DNA from: Burkholderiales bacterium
GTDB lineage: Bacteria > Pseudomonadota > Gammaproteobacteria > Burkholderiales > JAEUOS01
DNA length: 64,000 bases
Reading direction: 5' to 3'
Assembly: GCA_046160545.1 (NCBI GenBank)
Contig: JBJXGS010000193.1
Coordinates: 13,487 to 77,486, forward strand
How positions within the stretch are numbered: position 1 is the first letter of the stretch; every line of letters begins with the position of its first letter. Made by a program: the position numbers and the translations under genes. Shown here one piece after another: positions 27,877-39,882 of the stretch. Below the pieces are notes generated by a model. It ran no database searches. It saw nothing but the letters and a program-made list of their open reading frames with translations, and was not told the origin of the DNA.

Positions 27877-29217
27877 ATGTCAACTTCCATACCACCTGGC
27901 GGCAGCGCGGCCCCTGGCCCCGCCCTGCCCGAAGGCGCCGCCGACCTCAAGTCGCTGATCCTGGCTGACGTCCAGGCGCGGCGCGCGCGCGACCTGGCCC
28001 GCGAGCGTATTGAGCGCAGCCTTGCCGAACAGGCCGACGCCGGCGAAAAACTGCGGCGCCAGGAAGACGCCCTGGCCAACACGCGCGCGCTGGTGGTGCA
28101 GACCGCGACCGCCGCCGATCACGCCGAACGCGATCTGGAGGACGCGACCGCGCGGCTGACGCGTGTCAAGGCGGCGCTGGCACGCCAGGTCGCGGCGGCG
28201 CGCAGCCTGGCCTCGGAAGCCGCCGCTGCCTGCGAGGCCGAGCGCGCGCTGGCCGGTCAATACACGCAGGACCTCGCGCGCGAGCGGGATGCGCGTGAGC
28301 ATTTGGACGCGCTGCTCGGCATGGCGCGGCGCGAGCGCGATGCGCTTGAGCAGGACATGGCGACCCTGCGCCAGGCCGACGCCGATGCGCGTGCCAAACA
28401 CGAAGAACTGCGCGCCGCGGCGCGCGCCCTCAAGGACGAACTCGCGGCAATGCCCCAGGCCAACCCTGGCGCGGCACTGGCTGATTTGCGCGCCCGGCTG
28501 GCCGCGGACCGCGCCACCGTGGTGCGGGAGGCTGAAGCCTGGCGCGAACAACGCCTTGCCCTGGCTCGCGAAGGAGCCGCCGAAACGGAATTGCGGGCGC
28601 GCCTGGTAGCGGCGAAAAGCGAGCGCGACAGTCTCGCCACCGACCTGCGTGTTGTAGAGGCCGCCGCCACGGCACTGGCAAGCGACCTCGACGCCAACCG
28701 CAACGCCGCCGCCGCCCTGGCCGTCGAAATCAATCGCCAGGTCACGGCCCGCGCCACGCAAACCGCGCGCGCAACCGCCCTCGGTGTCGCCCTGGCGCGA
28801 CTCGCCCTGCGCACTGACCAGACCACGACGCAGCTGGCGGCAAGGCGGGCCGAGCACGAGGAACTGCAGGCGCGTGTACGCGAACTGCGCTTGCAGAACG
28901 CCAATCTGGTCGCTGATTCAGCCCGCCTGGCTGCCACGAACCGTCATGAGAAGCGTCAAGCCGAGGCTGCAGCACGTAGTGCGCCACCAACCGACGACGC
29001 AAGCGACGCAGGTCTCGTACCGAGCGCGCAAGCGGCAAACGAATCCCCACCGACCGACGCGGGCCCTTCGCCGTCGCCCCGCGCCGAGGAATGGCCGCAG
29101 GGCCCGGTCGCATGGCCGAGCCCGCAGCCGCGCAAGCGCGCACGCGGCTGGCTCCTCGGCATCGTCTTTGCCGCAGCCGCGGCAGCCATCTACCTGGTGC
29201 CGCGCTACTTGCCCTGA
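27877..29217 (+). CDS. Ala/Arg/Glu/Leu-rich coiled-coil protein with a C-terminal TM anchor
   Basis: 446 aa of long heptad-like low-complexity helix. It has a Pro/Ser/Asp-rich spacer and then WLLGIVFAAAAAAIYLVPRYLP at the extreme C-terminus. It is divergent from the kinase operon across a 78-96-bp spacer. Confidence 0.6.
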   Translation: MSTSIPPGGSAAPGPALPEGAADLKSLILADVQARRARDLARERIERSLAEQADAGEKLRRQEDALANTRALVVQTATAADHAERDLEDATARLTRVKAALARQVAAARSLASEAAAACEAERALAGQYTQDLARERDAREHLDALLGMARRERDALEQDMATLRQADADARAKHEELRAAARALKDELAAMPQANPGAALADLRARLAADRATVVREAEAWREQRLALAREGAAETELRARLVAAKSERDSLATDLRVVEAAATALASDLDANRNAAAALAVEINRQVTARATQTARATALGVALARLALRTDQTTTQLAARRAEHEELQARVRELRLQNANLVADSARLAATNRHEKRQAEAAARSAPPTDDASDAGLVPSAQAANESPPTDAGPSPSPRAEEWPQGPVAWPSPQPRKRARGWLLGIVFAAAAAAIYLVPRYLP

Positions 29218-29257
29218 CTTGCCCGCGGGAGGGAACCAGGGGACCGGGGTGCGGCGG

Positions 29258-30097
29258 CTACAAGCCCAGCCGCTGCCAGATTGTGCTCGTCAACCCGGCC
29301 ATGTTGAGGGTGTAGAAATGCAGGCCCGGCGCCCCCTGTGACAACAGGCGATCGCACAATTCGGTCACGACGTCGAGGCCAAAGGACCGTATGGAAGCGC
29401 GGTCATCACCGAATGACGCCAGCTTGACGCGCATCCAGCGTGGAATCTCCGCGCCGCAGGCATCCGAAAAGCGCGCCAGCTGCGTAAAGTTCGCGATCGG
29501 CATGATGCCGGGCACGATCGGGGCGCGTATGCCAAGTGCCTCGCATTCATCGCGAAAACGGAAATACGCGTCACCGTTGTAGAAGTACTGCGTAATGCCG
29601 GCGTCAGCCCCCGCGTCGAGCTTGCGCTTGAAATTGAGCAGGTCATCGCCGGGCGACTTCGCCTGCGGGTGCACTTCGGGATAGCAGGCGGTCTCGATAT
29701 GAAACCAGTCACCACTGCGTTCCCGGATGAAGGCGATGAGGTCCGCGGCGTAGCGAAAATCACCGATTTCGACCATGCCCGAGGGCAGGTCGCCGCGCAA
29801 CGCGACGACACGGCGAATGCCGGCCGCGCGATACTCGTCGAGGATGGAGCCGATCGAATCGCGCGTTCCGCCGATGCACGAGAGATGCGGCGCGGCCTCG
29901 AATCCGTCGCGGCGGATCTCGAGAACGGTGGCCAGCGTGCCGTCGCGCGTGGTGCCACCGGCACCAAAGGTGACCGAGAAGAATTTTGGGCGCAGCTGCT
30001 CGAGCTGGCGCCGCGTGGCCGTCAGCTTGGAGCGCCCCTCATCGGTCTTGGGCGGAAAGAACTCGCAGGAAAAAACCGGATTGTCGACACGCGCCAT
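29258..30097 (-). CDS. metF: 5,10-methylenetetrahydrofolate reductase
   Basis: 279 aa. It starts FSCEFFPPKTDEG, with full-length MetF similarity. Confidence 0.92.
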   Translation of the reverse strand: MARVDNPVFSCEFFPPKTDEGRSKLTATRRQLEQLRPKFFSVTFGAGGTTRDGTLATVLEIRRDGFEAAPHLSCIGGTRDSIGSILDEYRAAGIRRVVALRGDLPSGMVEIGDFRYAADLIAFIRERSGDWFHIETACYPEVHPQAKSPGDDLLNFKRKLDAGADAGITQYFYNGDAYFRFRDECEALGIRAPIVPGIMPIANFTQLARFSDACGAEIPRWMRVKLASFGDDRASIRSFGLDVVTELCDRLLSQGAPGLHFYTLNMAGLTSTIWQRLGL

Positions 30098-30154
30098 CGG
30101 CGCACCTCCAGATTGCCAGGCACCGCGCCCGTTGCCGGGCGCGGGTTCGCATGA

Positions 30155-31567
<1,413 letters not shown>

Positions 31568-31583
31568 GTGGGCTCCTTTGATG

Positions 31584-31615
31584 AGAAAACGGAGCGCAAA
31601 AGCAAACGGCGCTCC
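31584..31615 (-). terminator. Terminator-like hairpin in the ahcY leader (part of the riboswitch expression platform)
   Basis: The minus-strand RNA reads GGAGCGC-cguuugcuuuu-GCGCUCC followed by GUUUUCU, about 20 nt before the ahcY RBS. Confidence 0.45.
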
Positions 31616-31632
31616 AAACACGGGTTAAGGGT

Positions 31633-31702
31633 GTTTGAGCGCCGTTCAATTCATGCCGAGCCTGGCTCACCCTGACATCGGGGAGTCGCAACGCTCCTCA
31701 GC
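31633..31702 (-). promoter_or_regulatory. SAH (S-adenosylhomocysteine) riboswitch aptamer (Rfam SAH_riboswitch type)
   Basis: The minus-strand RNA CUGAGGAGCGUUGCGACUCCCCGAUGUCAGGGUGAGCCAGGCUCGGCAUGAAUUGAACGGCGCUCAAAC contains the conserved GAGGAGCG...GCCAGGCUCGG...AACGGCGCUC blocks. It occupies the canonical position upstream of ahcY. Confidence 0.85.
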
Positions 31703-31732
31703 AGCCGCGCATTTTAACGCAATCGCGGCTGC
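31701..31732 (-). other. 9-bp-stem hairpin after metK, abutting the riboswitch
   Basis: GCAGCCGCG-auugcguuaaaaug-CGCGGCUGC. There is no U-tract, and its 3' end touches the first aptamer nucleotides. Confidence 0.4.
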
Positions 31733-31759
31733 CGTGCCAGGCGGTTGCCTTGGCCGAAA

Positions 31760-32923
<1,164 letters not shown>

Positions 32924-33001
32924 GGGCGTTGGTTCGTGAGGGGATTGTAGGGACGCTGAAAAAGCTGCTTAGTCTAGCAGACCGCCCCACACCGAGCCCC
33001 A

Positions 33002-33880
33002 GTGCTTAAGCTCTTCTTTCACCTCGCCGCCCGCCTGCCCCTACCCGTCCTGCACTTCGCCGGCGCGCTCCTGGGGCGCCTGGTGTACCGGTTTTCGCCT
33101 TCGTGGCGCGCACACCTGACTGCCAACCTGAGGCAGGCGGGGTATCACGACGACGCCACCCGCGCGGCGGCATTGCGTGAAGCCGGCAAGGCGCTGACCG
33201 AATTGCCGGCCGTATGGCTGCGCGTGCATGCCGATGTCGCCGCACTGGTCAGGAGCGTGGATGGCTGGCAGCATGTCGAAACGGCGCAGGCCGTCGGCAC
33301 GCCGATCGTCTTCCTCACACCGCACCTGGGCTGCTTCGAGATCACCGCGCAGTACTACGCGTACCGCACGCGGGCCGACAAGCCGATCACGGTCCTCTAT
33401 CGGCGTCCGCGCAAGGCCGCGCTGACGCCCTTGATCGAATCGGGTCGCGGGCGCACCAACATGCGCCTGGCCGCCGCCGACCTGTCCGGGGTGCGCGCCC
33501 TGATCCGCGCCCTGCGCCAGGGCGAGGCGGCGGGCCTCCTGCCCGACCAGACTCCCGATCTGGGCGAGGGGGTGTGGGCGCCCTTCTTTGGCCGCCCGGC
33601 CTACACCATGACCCTGGTCAAGCGCCTGGTACGCGCCAGTGGCGCGACTATCCTCCTGGCGTATGCCGAGCGACTGCCGCGCGGGGGCGGCTACCGGCTC
33701 TCGATTCGCCCCTTCTCAGGCGTTCTTGCCGAGGACCTGGTGGCTGCAACCACGCAGATCAATGCCGCCCTCGAAGACCTGATCCGCGCCTGCCCGGCCC
33801 AGTACCTGTGGAGCTATGACCGCTATCGCCAGCCGCGCGCCGTTGCGCGTGGGGGCAACGGCACGCCCACCGCGTCATGA
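33002..33880 (+). CDS. Lipid A biosynthesis late acyltransferase (LpxL/HtrB family), copy 1
   Basis: 292 aa with a GTG start. Contains TPHLGCFE (HX4E-type motif) and LLPDQ. Confidence 0.85.
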   Translation: MLKLFFHLAARLPLPVLHFAGALLGRLVYRFSPSWRAHLTANLRQAGYHDDATRAAALREAGKALTELPAVWLRVHADVAALVRSVDGWQHVETAQAVGTPIVFLTPHLGCFEITAQYYAYRTRADKPITVLYRRPRKAALTPLIESGRGRTNMRLAAADLSGVRALIRALRQGEAAGLLPDQTPDLGEGVWAPFFGRPAYTMTLVKRLVRASGATILLAYAERLPRGGGYRLSIRPFSGVLAEDLVAATTQINAALEDLIRACPAQYLWSYDRYRQPRAVARGGNGTPTAS

Positions 33881-34749
33881 GCGCGCTCCTGCTCAAGCTC
33901 CTGGGTCTGGGCCGCTTTTTGCCCGTGCCGCTGCTGCGCCTGGCCGGCGCGGCGCTGGGGAGCCTCTTCTATCTCACGGCACGCGAACGCCGCGCCGTAG
34001 CACACGCCAATCTGGCGGCCTGCTTTCCGGCGCTTTCAGATGCGCGCCGCAGCGCGCTGGTGCGCGCGGTCTTCCGCGCCTTCGCACGCTCGGTTCTCGA
34101 TCGGGCCGTGTTGTGGCATGGCAGCGCCGATCGCGTGCGCCGCTTTGTGCAAATCGACGGCCGCGAGCACCTTGATGCGCTCACCGGGCGCCCGGTGATC
34201 CTCCTGGCGCCGCACTTCGCGGGACTGGACGCCGGCGGCATCCGCATCACCGCCGACTGGCGCATCGTCTCGATCTACTCGCGACAGAAGGATGCGGCCT
34301 TCGACGCGGCGCTCCTGGCCGGACGCTCGCGCTTCAATGCCCCCATGCTCCTGACGCGCCAGGCCGGGGTGCGCAGCGCGCTGCGCGGCCTTTCGATGGG
34401 GCTGCCCTTCTACTATCTGCCGGACATGGACTTCGGTGCGCGCGACGCAGTGTTCGTGCCGTTCTTCGGCGTTCCGGCGGCAACCGTAACCGCGCTGTCG
34501 CGACTGGCGCGGCTTTCCGGGGCCAGTGTCCTGCCCTGCGTGACGCGCATGACCGCAGACGGCTACCGCACCACCATCCAGCCCGCGTGGCGCGACTTTC
34601 CCGGTCCAAGCCTGGAAGAAGACGCGCGCCGCATCAACGCATTCATAGAAGCAGAGGTGCGCGAGATGCCCGAGCAATACCACTGGCTGCACAAGCGCTT
34701 CAAGACCCGCCCGCCCGGCGCGCCGCCGTTCTACAAGCCGTCGGCCTGA
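33877..34749 (+). CDS. Lipid A biosynthesis late acyltransferase (LpxL/LpxM family), copy 2
   Basis: 290 aa with an ATGA overlap on copy 1. Contains APHFAGLD and YYLPDMD. Confidence 0.85.
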   Translation: MSALLLKLLGLGRFLPVPLLRLAGAALGSLFYLTARERRAVAHANLAACFPALSDARRSALVRAVFRAFARSVLDRAVLWHGSADRVRRFVQIDGREHLDALTGRPVILLAPHFAGLDAGGIRITADWRIVSIYSRQKDAAFDAALLAGRSRFNAPMLLTRQAGVRSALRGLSMGLPFYYLPDMDFGARDAVFVPFFGVPAATVTALSRLARLSGASVLPCVTRMTADGYRTTIQPAWRDFPGPSLEEDARRINAFIEAEVREMPEQYHWLHKRFKTRPPGAPPFYKPSA

Positions 34750-34775
34750 TGGCGCATGGGAAAATGCGCCGCGCC

Positions 34776-35717
34776 ATGAAACTCGCGTTCACCAAAATGC
34801 ACGGCCTGGGCAACGATTTCGTCGTGCTCGACGCCACGCGCGCGCCGCTTGCGCTTGACCGCTCGCAATGGCGCTTTATCGCCGACCGTCACTTTGGCGT
34901 TGGTGCCGACCAGATCCTCGTCGTCGAAGCCCCACGCAGCGCGGATACCGATTTTCGCTATCGCATCTTCAACTCCGACGGTGGCGAGGTCGAACAGTGC
35001 GGCAACGGCGCACGCTGCTTTGTGCGCTTTGTCGTCGATCGCGGGCTGACGACTAAGCGCAGCATTCGCGTCGAAACCCTGGGCGGCATCATCGAGCCGC
35101 GCCTGGAGGCCGACGGCCGCGTCACCGTCGACATGGGCGTGCCCGCGCTGACCTGCGAAGCGGTGCATTTCGACGCCGCGCGCGCCACGCCCACCAGCGA
35201 CCCGACGCGCTTTCTCGTCGACGTCGCCGGAGAGCCCGTCGATGTGACCATCGTCTCGATGGGCAATCCGCATGCGGTGCAGGTTGTCGCCGATGTCGAA
35301 CGCGCGCCGGTCGGGCGGGTTGGCCCCTTGATAGAAGGGCACCCCGCATTCAAGCGGCGTGTCAACGCGGGATTCATGGCCGTGCAATCGCGGCGCTCGC
35401 TCAATCTGCGCGTCTACGAACGCGGCGCCGGCGAGACCTTGAGTTGCGGCAGCGGTGCCTGCGCCGCGCTGGTCGCCGCGACCCTGCGCGGATTGGTCGA
35501 TGCCGGACCAATCCGTGTGGCCACGCGCGGCGGAGAACTCACGATCAGCTGGGGCGGGCCAGGCCGGCCGGTATTAATGACCGGCCCTGCCGCGACGGTC
35601 TTCGAAGGCAGCCTGGAGTTGCCCTCCGCCTCTGAAGCGGAGGGACTCCTCACGCGCGCCCCGGCGGCAGCGGAGTCCGTACAATCCGCGCCATCCGCAC
35701 CCTTGGTCCGCGCATGA
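34776..35717 (+). CDS. dapF: Diaminopimelate epimerase
   Basis: [19 protein letters not shown] at 34776, plus catalytic [10 protein letters not shown] and SCGSGACA. It has a low-complexity C-terminal tail of about 30 aa ([33 protein letters not shown]). Confidence 0.92.
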   Translation: MKLAFTKMHGLGNDFVVLDATRAPLALDRSQWRFIADRHFGVGADQILVVEAPRSADTDFRYRIFNSDGGEVEQCGNGARCFVRFVVDRGLTTKRSIRVETLGGIIEPRLEADGRVTVDMGVPALTCEAVHFDAARATPTSDPTRFLVDVAGEPVDVTIVSMGNPHAVQVVADVERAPVGRVGPLIEGHPAFKRRVNAGFMAVQSRRSLNLRVYERGAGETLSCGSGACAALVAATLRGLVDAGPIRVATRGGELTISWGGPGRPVLMTGPAATVFEGSLELPSASEAEGLLTRAPAAAESVQSAPSAPLVRA

Positions 35718-36439
35718 GCCCAGACGCCATCGCCCAGTACCTGCAGCACAACCCGAGTTTTTTCGAGGACTACGCCGACCTGATGGCGCAGATCTTCGTG
35801 CCGCACCCGCACGGCGGGCGCGCCATCTCGCTGCCCGAGCGCCAGATGATCACCTTGCGCGAAAAGGTGCGCAGCCTCGAACACACGCTGGCCGACCTGA
35901 TCGAAACCGGCCGCAGCAACGATGCCCTCTCCAACCGCATGCATGCGCTCAATCTGGCGCTGCTGTCGTCTGCCACGGAGTCGCCGCGCAGGCTGATCGC
36001 GATGGTCGAAGCGCGCCTGATCGAGGATTTCGCGATTCCCCACACCGCGTTTCGCATCTGGGGCCTGGGCGCCCCGGGCGATGCGACCGACAGCGTGATC
36101 GCGCTCGATGACGACCTGGCGCGCGTGGTCGCCTCCGAATACTTCAAGCATCCGTATTGCGGGCCTTTGGCCGGGCTGGAACACGATGGCGTGGCCATCG
36201 GCGAGCGGGTCGGCGCATGGTTCGGCGAGGCGCGCACGCACCTGAAATCGGCTGCGCTCCTGGCCGTGCGCGCCGGCGCAGGCGGTGGCCTTCTGGCGCT
36301 GGCCTCTGAAGACGAGCACCGCTTCTACGCCGGCATGGGCACGCTGTATCTGGAACGTCTGGCCGAGTCCCTGGGTGCCGTGCTGACGCCTCCTGCCGCC
36401 GGCACGGATGGCGCAGCCGCAAGCGCACCGGCCGGCTAG
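35714..36439 (+). CDS. DUF484 family protein (YigA-like)
   Basis: Starts [24 protein letters not shown]. It holds the conserved position between dapF and xerC. Confidence 0.8.
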   Translation: MSPDAIAQYLQHNPSFFEDYADLMAQIFVPHPHGGRAISLPERQMITLREKVRSLEHTLADLIETGRSNDALSNRMHALNLALLSSATESPRRLIAMVEARLIEDFAIPHTAFRIWGLGAPGDATDSVIALDDDLARVVASEYFKHPYCGPLAGLEHDGVAIGERVGAWFGEARTHLKSAALLAVRAGAGGGLLALASEDEHRFYAGMGTLYLERLAESLGAVLTPPAAGTDGAAASAPAG

Positions 36440-36442
36440 GTC

Positions 36443-37360
36443 GTGGACCCCGCATTCGGCGACAGCGTGGCGGCGTTCTGCCGCTACCTCGCCGCCGAAC
36501 GCGCTTATTCAGCGGCCACCATCACCGGCTATCGCCGCGACCTGGAGGAACTGGCCCGCCTCACCGGCGCCGCGTCGCCCGATTCCCTGGACACGCAGGC
36601 CATTCGCACGGCCGCGGCGCGGCTGCGCCAGCGCGGCCTGTCGCCGCGCTCGATCGCGCGTGCCCTGTCGGCCTGGCGCAGCTATTTCGCCTGGAGTTGC
36701 CGGGTGCGTGGCTTGACCCACAACCCGGTCACCGGTGTGCGCGCACCGAAGGCGCCGCGCGGCCTGCCCAAGGCACTCTCCGCCGACCAGGCCAAGCAGC
36801 TCCTGGATGCACCGACCGCTGCGGCTGCCGGCGACGCCGCCCGCGACGCCGCCATGTTCGAACTCTTCTATTCCTCCGGGCTGCGCTTGAGCGAACTCAT
36901 CAGCCTGGATGCGCAACGCGCGCCCGACTCGCGCGGCTGGGTGGACCTGGGCGCGGGCGAACTCACCGTGACCGGCAAGGGCGGCAAGACGCGCGTCGTG
37001 CCGGTCGGCGCTGCTGCGCGGAGCGCGCTGGCGGCGTGGCTGGCCGGGCGTGGCGCCGTTGCAAAGCCCGGTGAAGCTGCACTCTTTGTCTCGCCGCGCG
37101 GGCGGCGCGTGTCGCCGTCCTACGTTTCGACGCGCCTGAAGCGCCGCACCCTGGAAGCCGGTGTACCGGCCAAGGTACACCCGCACGTACTGCGCCACAG
37201 CTTTGCCAGCCATCTGCTGCAATCCTCCGGCGACCTGCGCGCAGTCCAGGAGCTGCTGGGCCATGCCAACATCTCGACCACGCAGGTCTACACCCACCTG
37301 GATTTCCAGCAACTGGCCCGTGTCTACGACGCCGCGCACCCGCGCGCGCGGCGCAAGTGA
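36443..37360 (+). CDS. xerC: Tyrosine site-specific recombinase XerC
   Basis: 305 aa. Contains ARDAAMFELFYSSGLRLSEL, HVLRHSFASHLL, LLGHANISTTQVYTH. The dapF-DUF484-xerC synteny supports the call. Confidence 0.9.
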   Translation: MDPAFGDSVAAFCRYLAAERAYSAATITGYRRDLEELARLTGAASPDSLDTQAIRTAAARLRQRGLSPRSIARALSAWRSYFAWSCRVRGLTHNPVTGVRAPKAPRGLPKALSADQAKQLLDAPTAAAAGDAARDAAMFELFYSSGLRLSELISLDAQRAPDSRGWVDLGAGELTVTGKGGKTRVVPVGAAARSALAAWLAGRGAVAKPGEAALFVSPRGRRVSPSYVSTRLKRRTLEAGVPAKVHPHVLRHSFASHLLQSSGDLRAVQELLGHANISTTQVYTHLDFQQLARVYDAAHPRARRK

Positions 37361-38544
37361 AACTCCCGGCACTGGTCCTCAAACCCGGCCGCGACAAGTC
37401 GCTCAAACGTCGCCACCCCTGGGTCTTCTCCGGGGCGATTGAGCGCGTCGAAGGCACACCCGCGCTGGGCGCCACGGTTCAGGTGCGTTCAGGCGAAGGC
37501 ACGCCCCTGGGCCTGGCTGCCTACAGCCCGCACTCGCAGATCCGTGCGCGCATGTGGAGCTTCGCGGCGGACGAGCGCATCGACGCGGCCTGGTTCAAGC
37601 GGCGCATTGCAGCCGCCGTGGCGCGCCGCGCGGGTCTCGACCCCGCTGCCGGAGTGCGCCTGGTACACGCTGAGGCCGATGGCCTGCCCGGGCTGATCGT
37701 CGACCGCTATGCCGACCTGGCCGTGGTCCAGCTCCTGTCAGCCGGCTGCGAACACTGGCGTGATGCGATCGTCGCCGCACTCGTCGAAGCGACCGGGGTC
37801 GCGCGGGTCTACGAGCGCTCCGACACCGACAGCCGCGAACTCGAAGGCTTGCAGCCGCGCAGCGGTCCGCTGCACGGCGCAGCGCCCGAGGCGACCATCG
37901 AGATCGTCGAGAACGGACTCAAGCTCAAGGTCGACGTGGTGCAAGGGCACAAGACCGGCTTCTACCTGGACCAGCGCGACAACCGCGCCCGCGCGCTGGC
38001 CGCGGCCGCACCCGGCATCACGGCCCTCAACTGCTTTTGCTACACCGGTGCATTCTCGGTTGCGCTGGTTGCCGGCGGAGCCGCGCGCGTGGTCTCGATC
38101 GACTCTTCCGCGCCGGCGCTGGACCTGGCGCGCGCCAACTGGGCCGCCAACGGCCTCGACCCCGGGCGCGCAGAGTGGCGCTGCGCCGATGTCTTCGAAG
38201 AGCTGCGCCGCGCGCGCGACCGTAGCGAGAAGTACGACATCATCGTGCTTGACCCGCCAAAGTTCGCGCCCACCCCGGCCAGCGTCGAGCGCGCCGCGCG
38301 CGCCTACAAGGACATCAACCTCCTGGGCTTGAAACTGCTGGCCCCGGGCGGACGCCTGTTTACTTTCTCGTGTTCCGGCGGCGTCAGTGCCGAACTCTTC
38401 GGCAAGATCGTCGCCGGCGCGGCGGCAGATGCCGGTGTGGAAGCCATCATCGAAGCGCGCCTGGGTGCCGCACGGGATCACCCGGTGCTGCTGTCGTTTC
38501 CCGAAGGCGAGTATCTGAAGGGCTTGGTGCTGCGGCGCGTTTGA
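37357..38544 (+). CDS. rlmI: 23S rRNA (cytosine-C5) methyltransferase RlmI-like (PUA + class I SAM MTase)
   Basis: 395 aa with a GTGA overlap on xerC. Contains LKRRHPWVFSGAIERVEG, TGFYLDQRDNR, VLDPPKF. Confidence 0.8.
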   Translation: MKLPALVLKPGRDKSLKRRHPWVFSGAIERVEGTPALGATVQVRSGEGTPLGLAAYSPHSQIRARMWSFAADERIDAAWFKRRIAAAVARRAGLDPAAGVRLVHAEADGLPGLIVDRYADLAVVQLLSAGCEHWRDAIVAALVEATGVARVYERSDTDSRELEGLQPRSGPLHGAAPEATIEIVENGLKLKVDVVQGHKTGFYLDQRDNRARALAAAAPGITALNCFCYTGAFSVALVAGGAARVVSIDSSAPALDLARANWAANGLDPGRAEWRCADVFEELRRARDRSEKYDIIVLDPPKFAPTPASVERAARAYKDINLLGLKLLAPGGRLFTFSCSGGVSAELFGKIVAGAAADAGVEAIIEARLGAARDHPVLLSFPEGEYLKGLVLRRV

Positions 38545-38622
38545 CGCAAGGCTTCGCATCGCATTGCAATGCCCAGGCATTGCCGATAACCTTGCCGCCC
38601 GTCCTACCAGACCTGCGCGATC

Positions 38623-39825
38623 ATGCAAGCACTCGAAGGCGTCCGCATCCTCGACTTCACGCGCCACATGTCGGGGCCCTATGCAACGCTGCTGATGGGC
38701 GATTTCGGCGCCGATGTGATCAAGATCGAATCAATGCCGCATGGCGACCCGACGCGCACCATGGGCACCGCCTTTGTCGATGGCGAATCCGGAATGTTCC
38801 TGATCTGGAACCGCAGCAAGCGCAGCATCGCCCTCGATGCCCGCAAGCCGGATGCGGGCGAAATCCTGCGGCGTCTGGTGATCGGCGCCGACATGCTGGT
38901 GGAGAATTTTCGCCCCGGTGTGGCCGAGGAAATGGGCATCGGCTATGAAACAGTCAGCGCACTCAACGCGCGCCTGATCTACCTGTCGATCACCGCATTC
39001 GGGCGCAGCGGACCCTACGCGCAGTCGCCGGGCACCGACCCGGTGGTGCAGGCGATGTCGGGCGTGATGTCGGTGACCGGCGAGCGCGGCGGTGATCCGG
39101 TGCTGGTGGGCCTGCCGGTCGCCGACTTCACCTCGGCGATGGTTGCCGTGCAGGGCGCCCTACTGGCCTTGTTCGCGCGCGAACGCAGCGGACGCGGCCA
39201 GCGGGTCGACATTCCGATGCTGGGCGCGCTCGCCTTTGGCCTCACCACCCGGCTGGCAAATTACTGGTGGGGCGACAAGGAGCCGCAACGCGAAGGCAGC
39301 GCGCACAGTTCGGTCGCCCCCTACCAGATGTACAAGGCCAGCGACGGCAACATCGTGGCTGGTGCCTGGACGCGCGACACCTGGCCGCGTTTTTGCGTGG
39401 CGATTGGCTTGCCTGAGCTCGCAAACGATGCCCGCTTTGCGAGCAACCCGCTGCGCATGCAAAACCGCGACGCGCTCAACCACCTGCTGTCGGCGGCCTT
39501 CGCGAAGCGGCCGGTTCAAGAGTGGGAGCAGGCGTTTCGCGATGCCAATGCCTTGTTCGGTCCGGTGCTCACCATTCCGCAGGTCCTGGAGCACCCGCAG
39601 ATGAAAGCGCTGGGCATGGTGCAATCGATAGCCCACCCGAAGATCGGGCCCATGCCGCAGCTGGGCCCGCCCATCCTCATGTCGGACACACCGGGGCGGC
39701 CCGATCGACCGCCCCCTGCCTACGGCCAGCATACGGCCGAGGTGCTCGCCGAGCTCGGCTACTCGCCCGCCGAAATCGGGCGTCTCGCCGACAGCAAGAC
39801 CGTCGCCATGGCCGCGGTGGGCTGA
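38623..39825 (+). CDS. Family III CoA-transferase (CaiB/BaiF), copy 1
   Basis: 400 aa. Contains GVRILDFTRHMSGPYATLLMGDFGADVIKIE. Confidence 0.85.
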   Translation: MQALEGVRILDFTRHMSGPYATLLMGDFGADVIKIESMPHGDPTRTMGTAFVDGESGMFLIWNRSKRSIALDARKPDAGEILRRLVIGADMLVENFRPGVAEEMGIGYETVSALNARLIYLSITAFGRSGPYAQSPGTDPVVQAMSGVMSVTGERGGDPVLVGLPVADFTSAMVAVQGALLALFARERSGRGQRVDIPMLGALAFGLTTRLANYWWGDKEPQREGSAHSSVAPYQMYKASDGNIVAGAWTRDTWPRFCVAIGLPELANDARFASNPLRMQNRDALNHLLSAAFAKRPVQEWEQAFRDANALFGPVLTIPQVLEHPQMKALGMVQSIAHPKIGPMPQLGPPILMSDTPGRPDRPPPAYGQHTAEVLAELGYSPAEIGRLADSKTVAMAAVG

Positions 39826-39882
39826 TGAACCAGAGCCCGCAAGTCGCGGGAAGCGTGTCGGCACTCACAGGAGACCCATGCA

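Noticed and set aside
31700-31745. Sigma-54-like TGGCAC ... TTGC elements in the metK-ahcY spacer
   Set aside because: The two elements are separated by 11 nt rather than the 4-5 nt required for a -24/-12 promoter, so this is a chance match.
38559-38570. 12-bp palindrome GCATTGCAATGC upstream of the first CoA-transferase gene as an operator
   Set aside because: It is short, there is no adjacent regulator gene in the window, and palindromes of this length are common. That is not enough support to report it as a feature.
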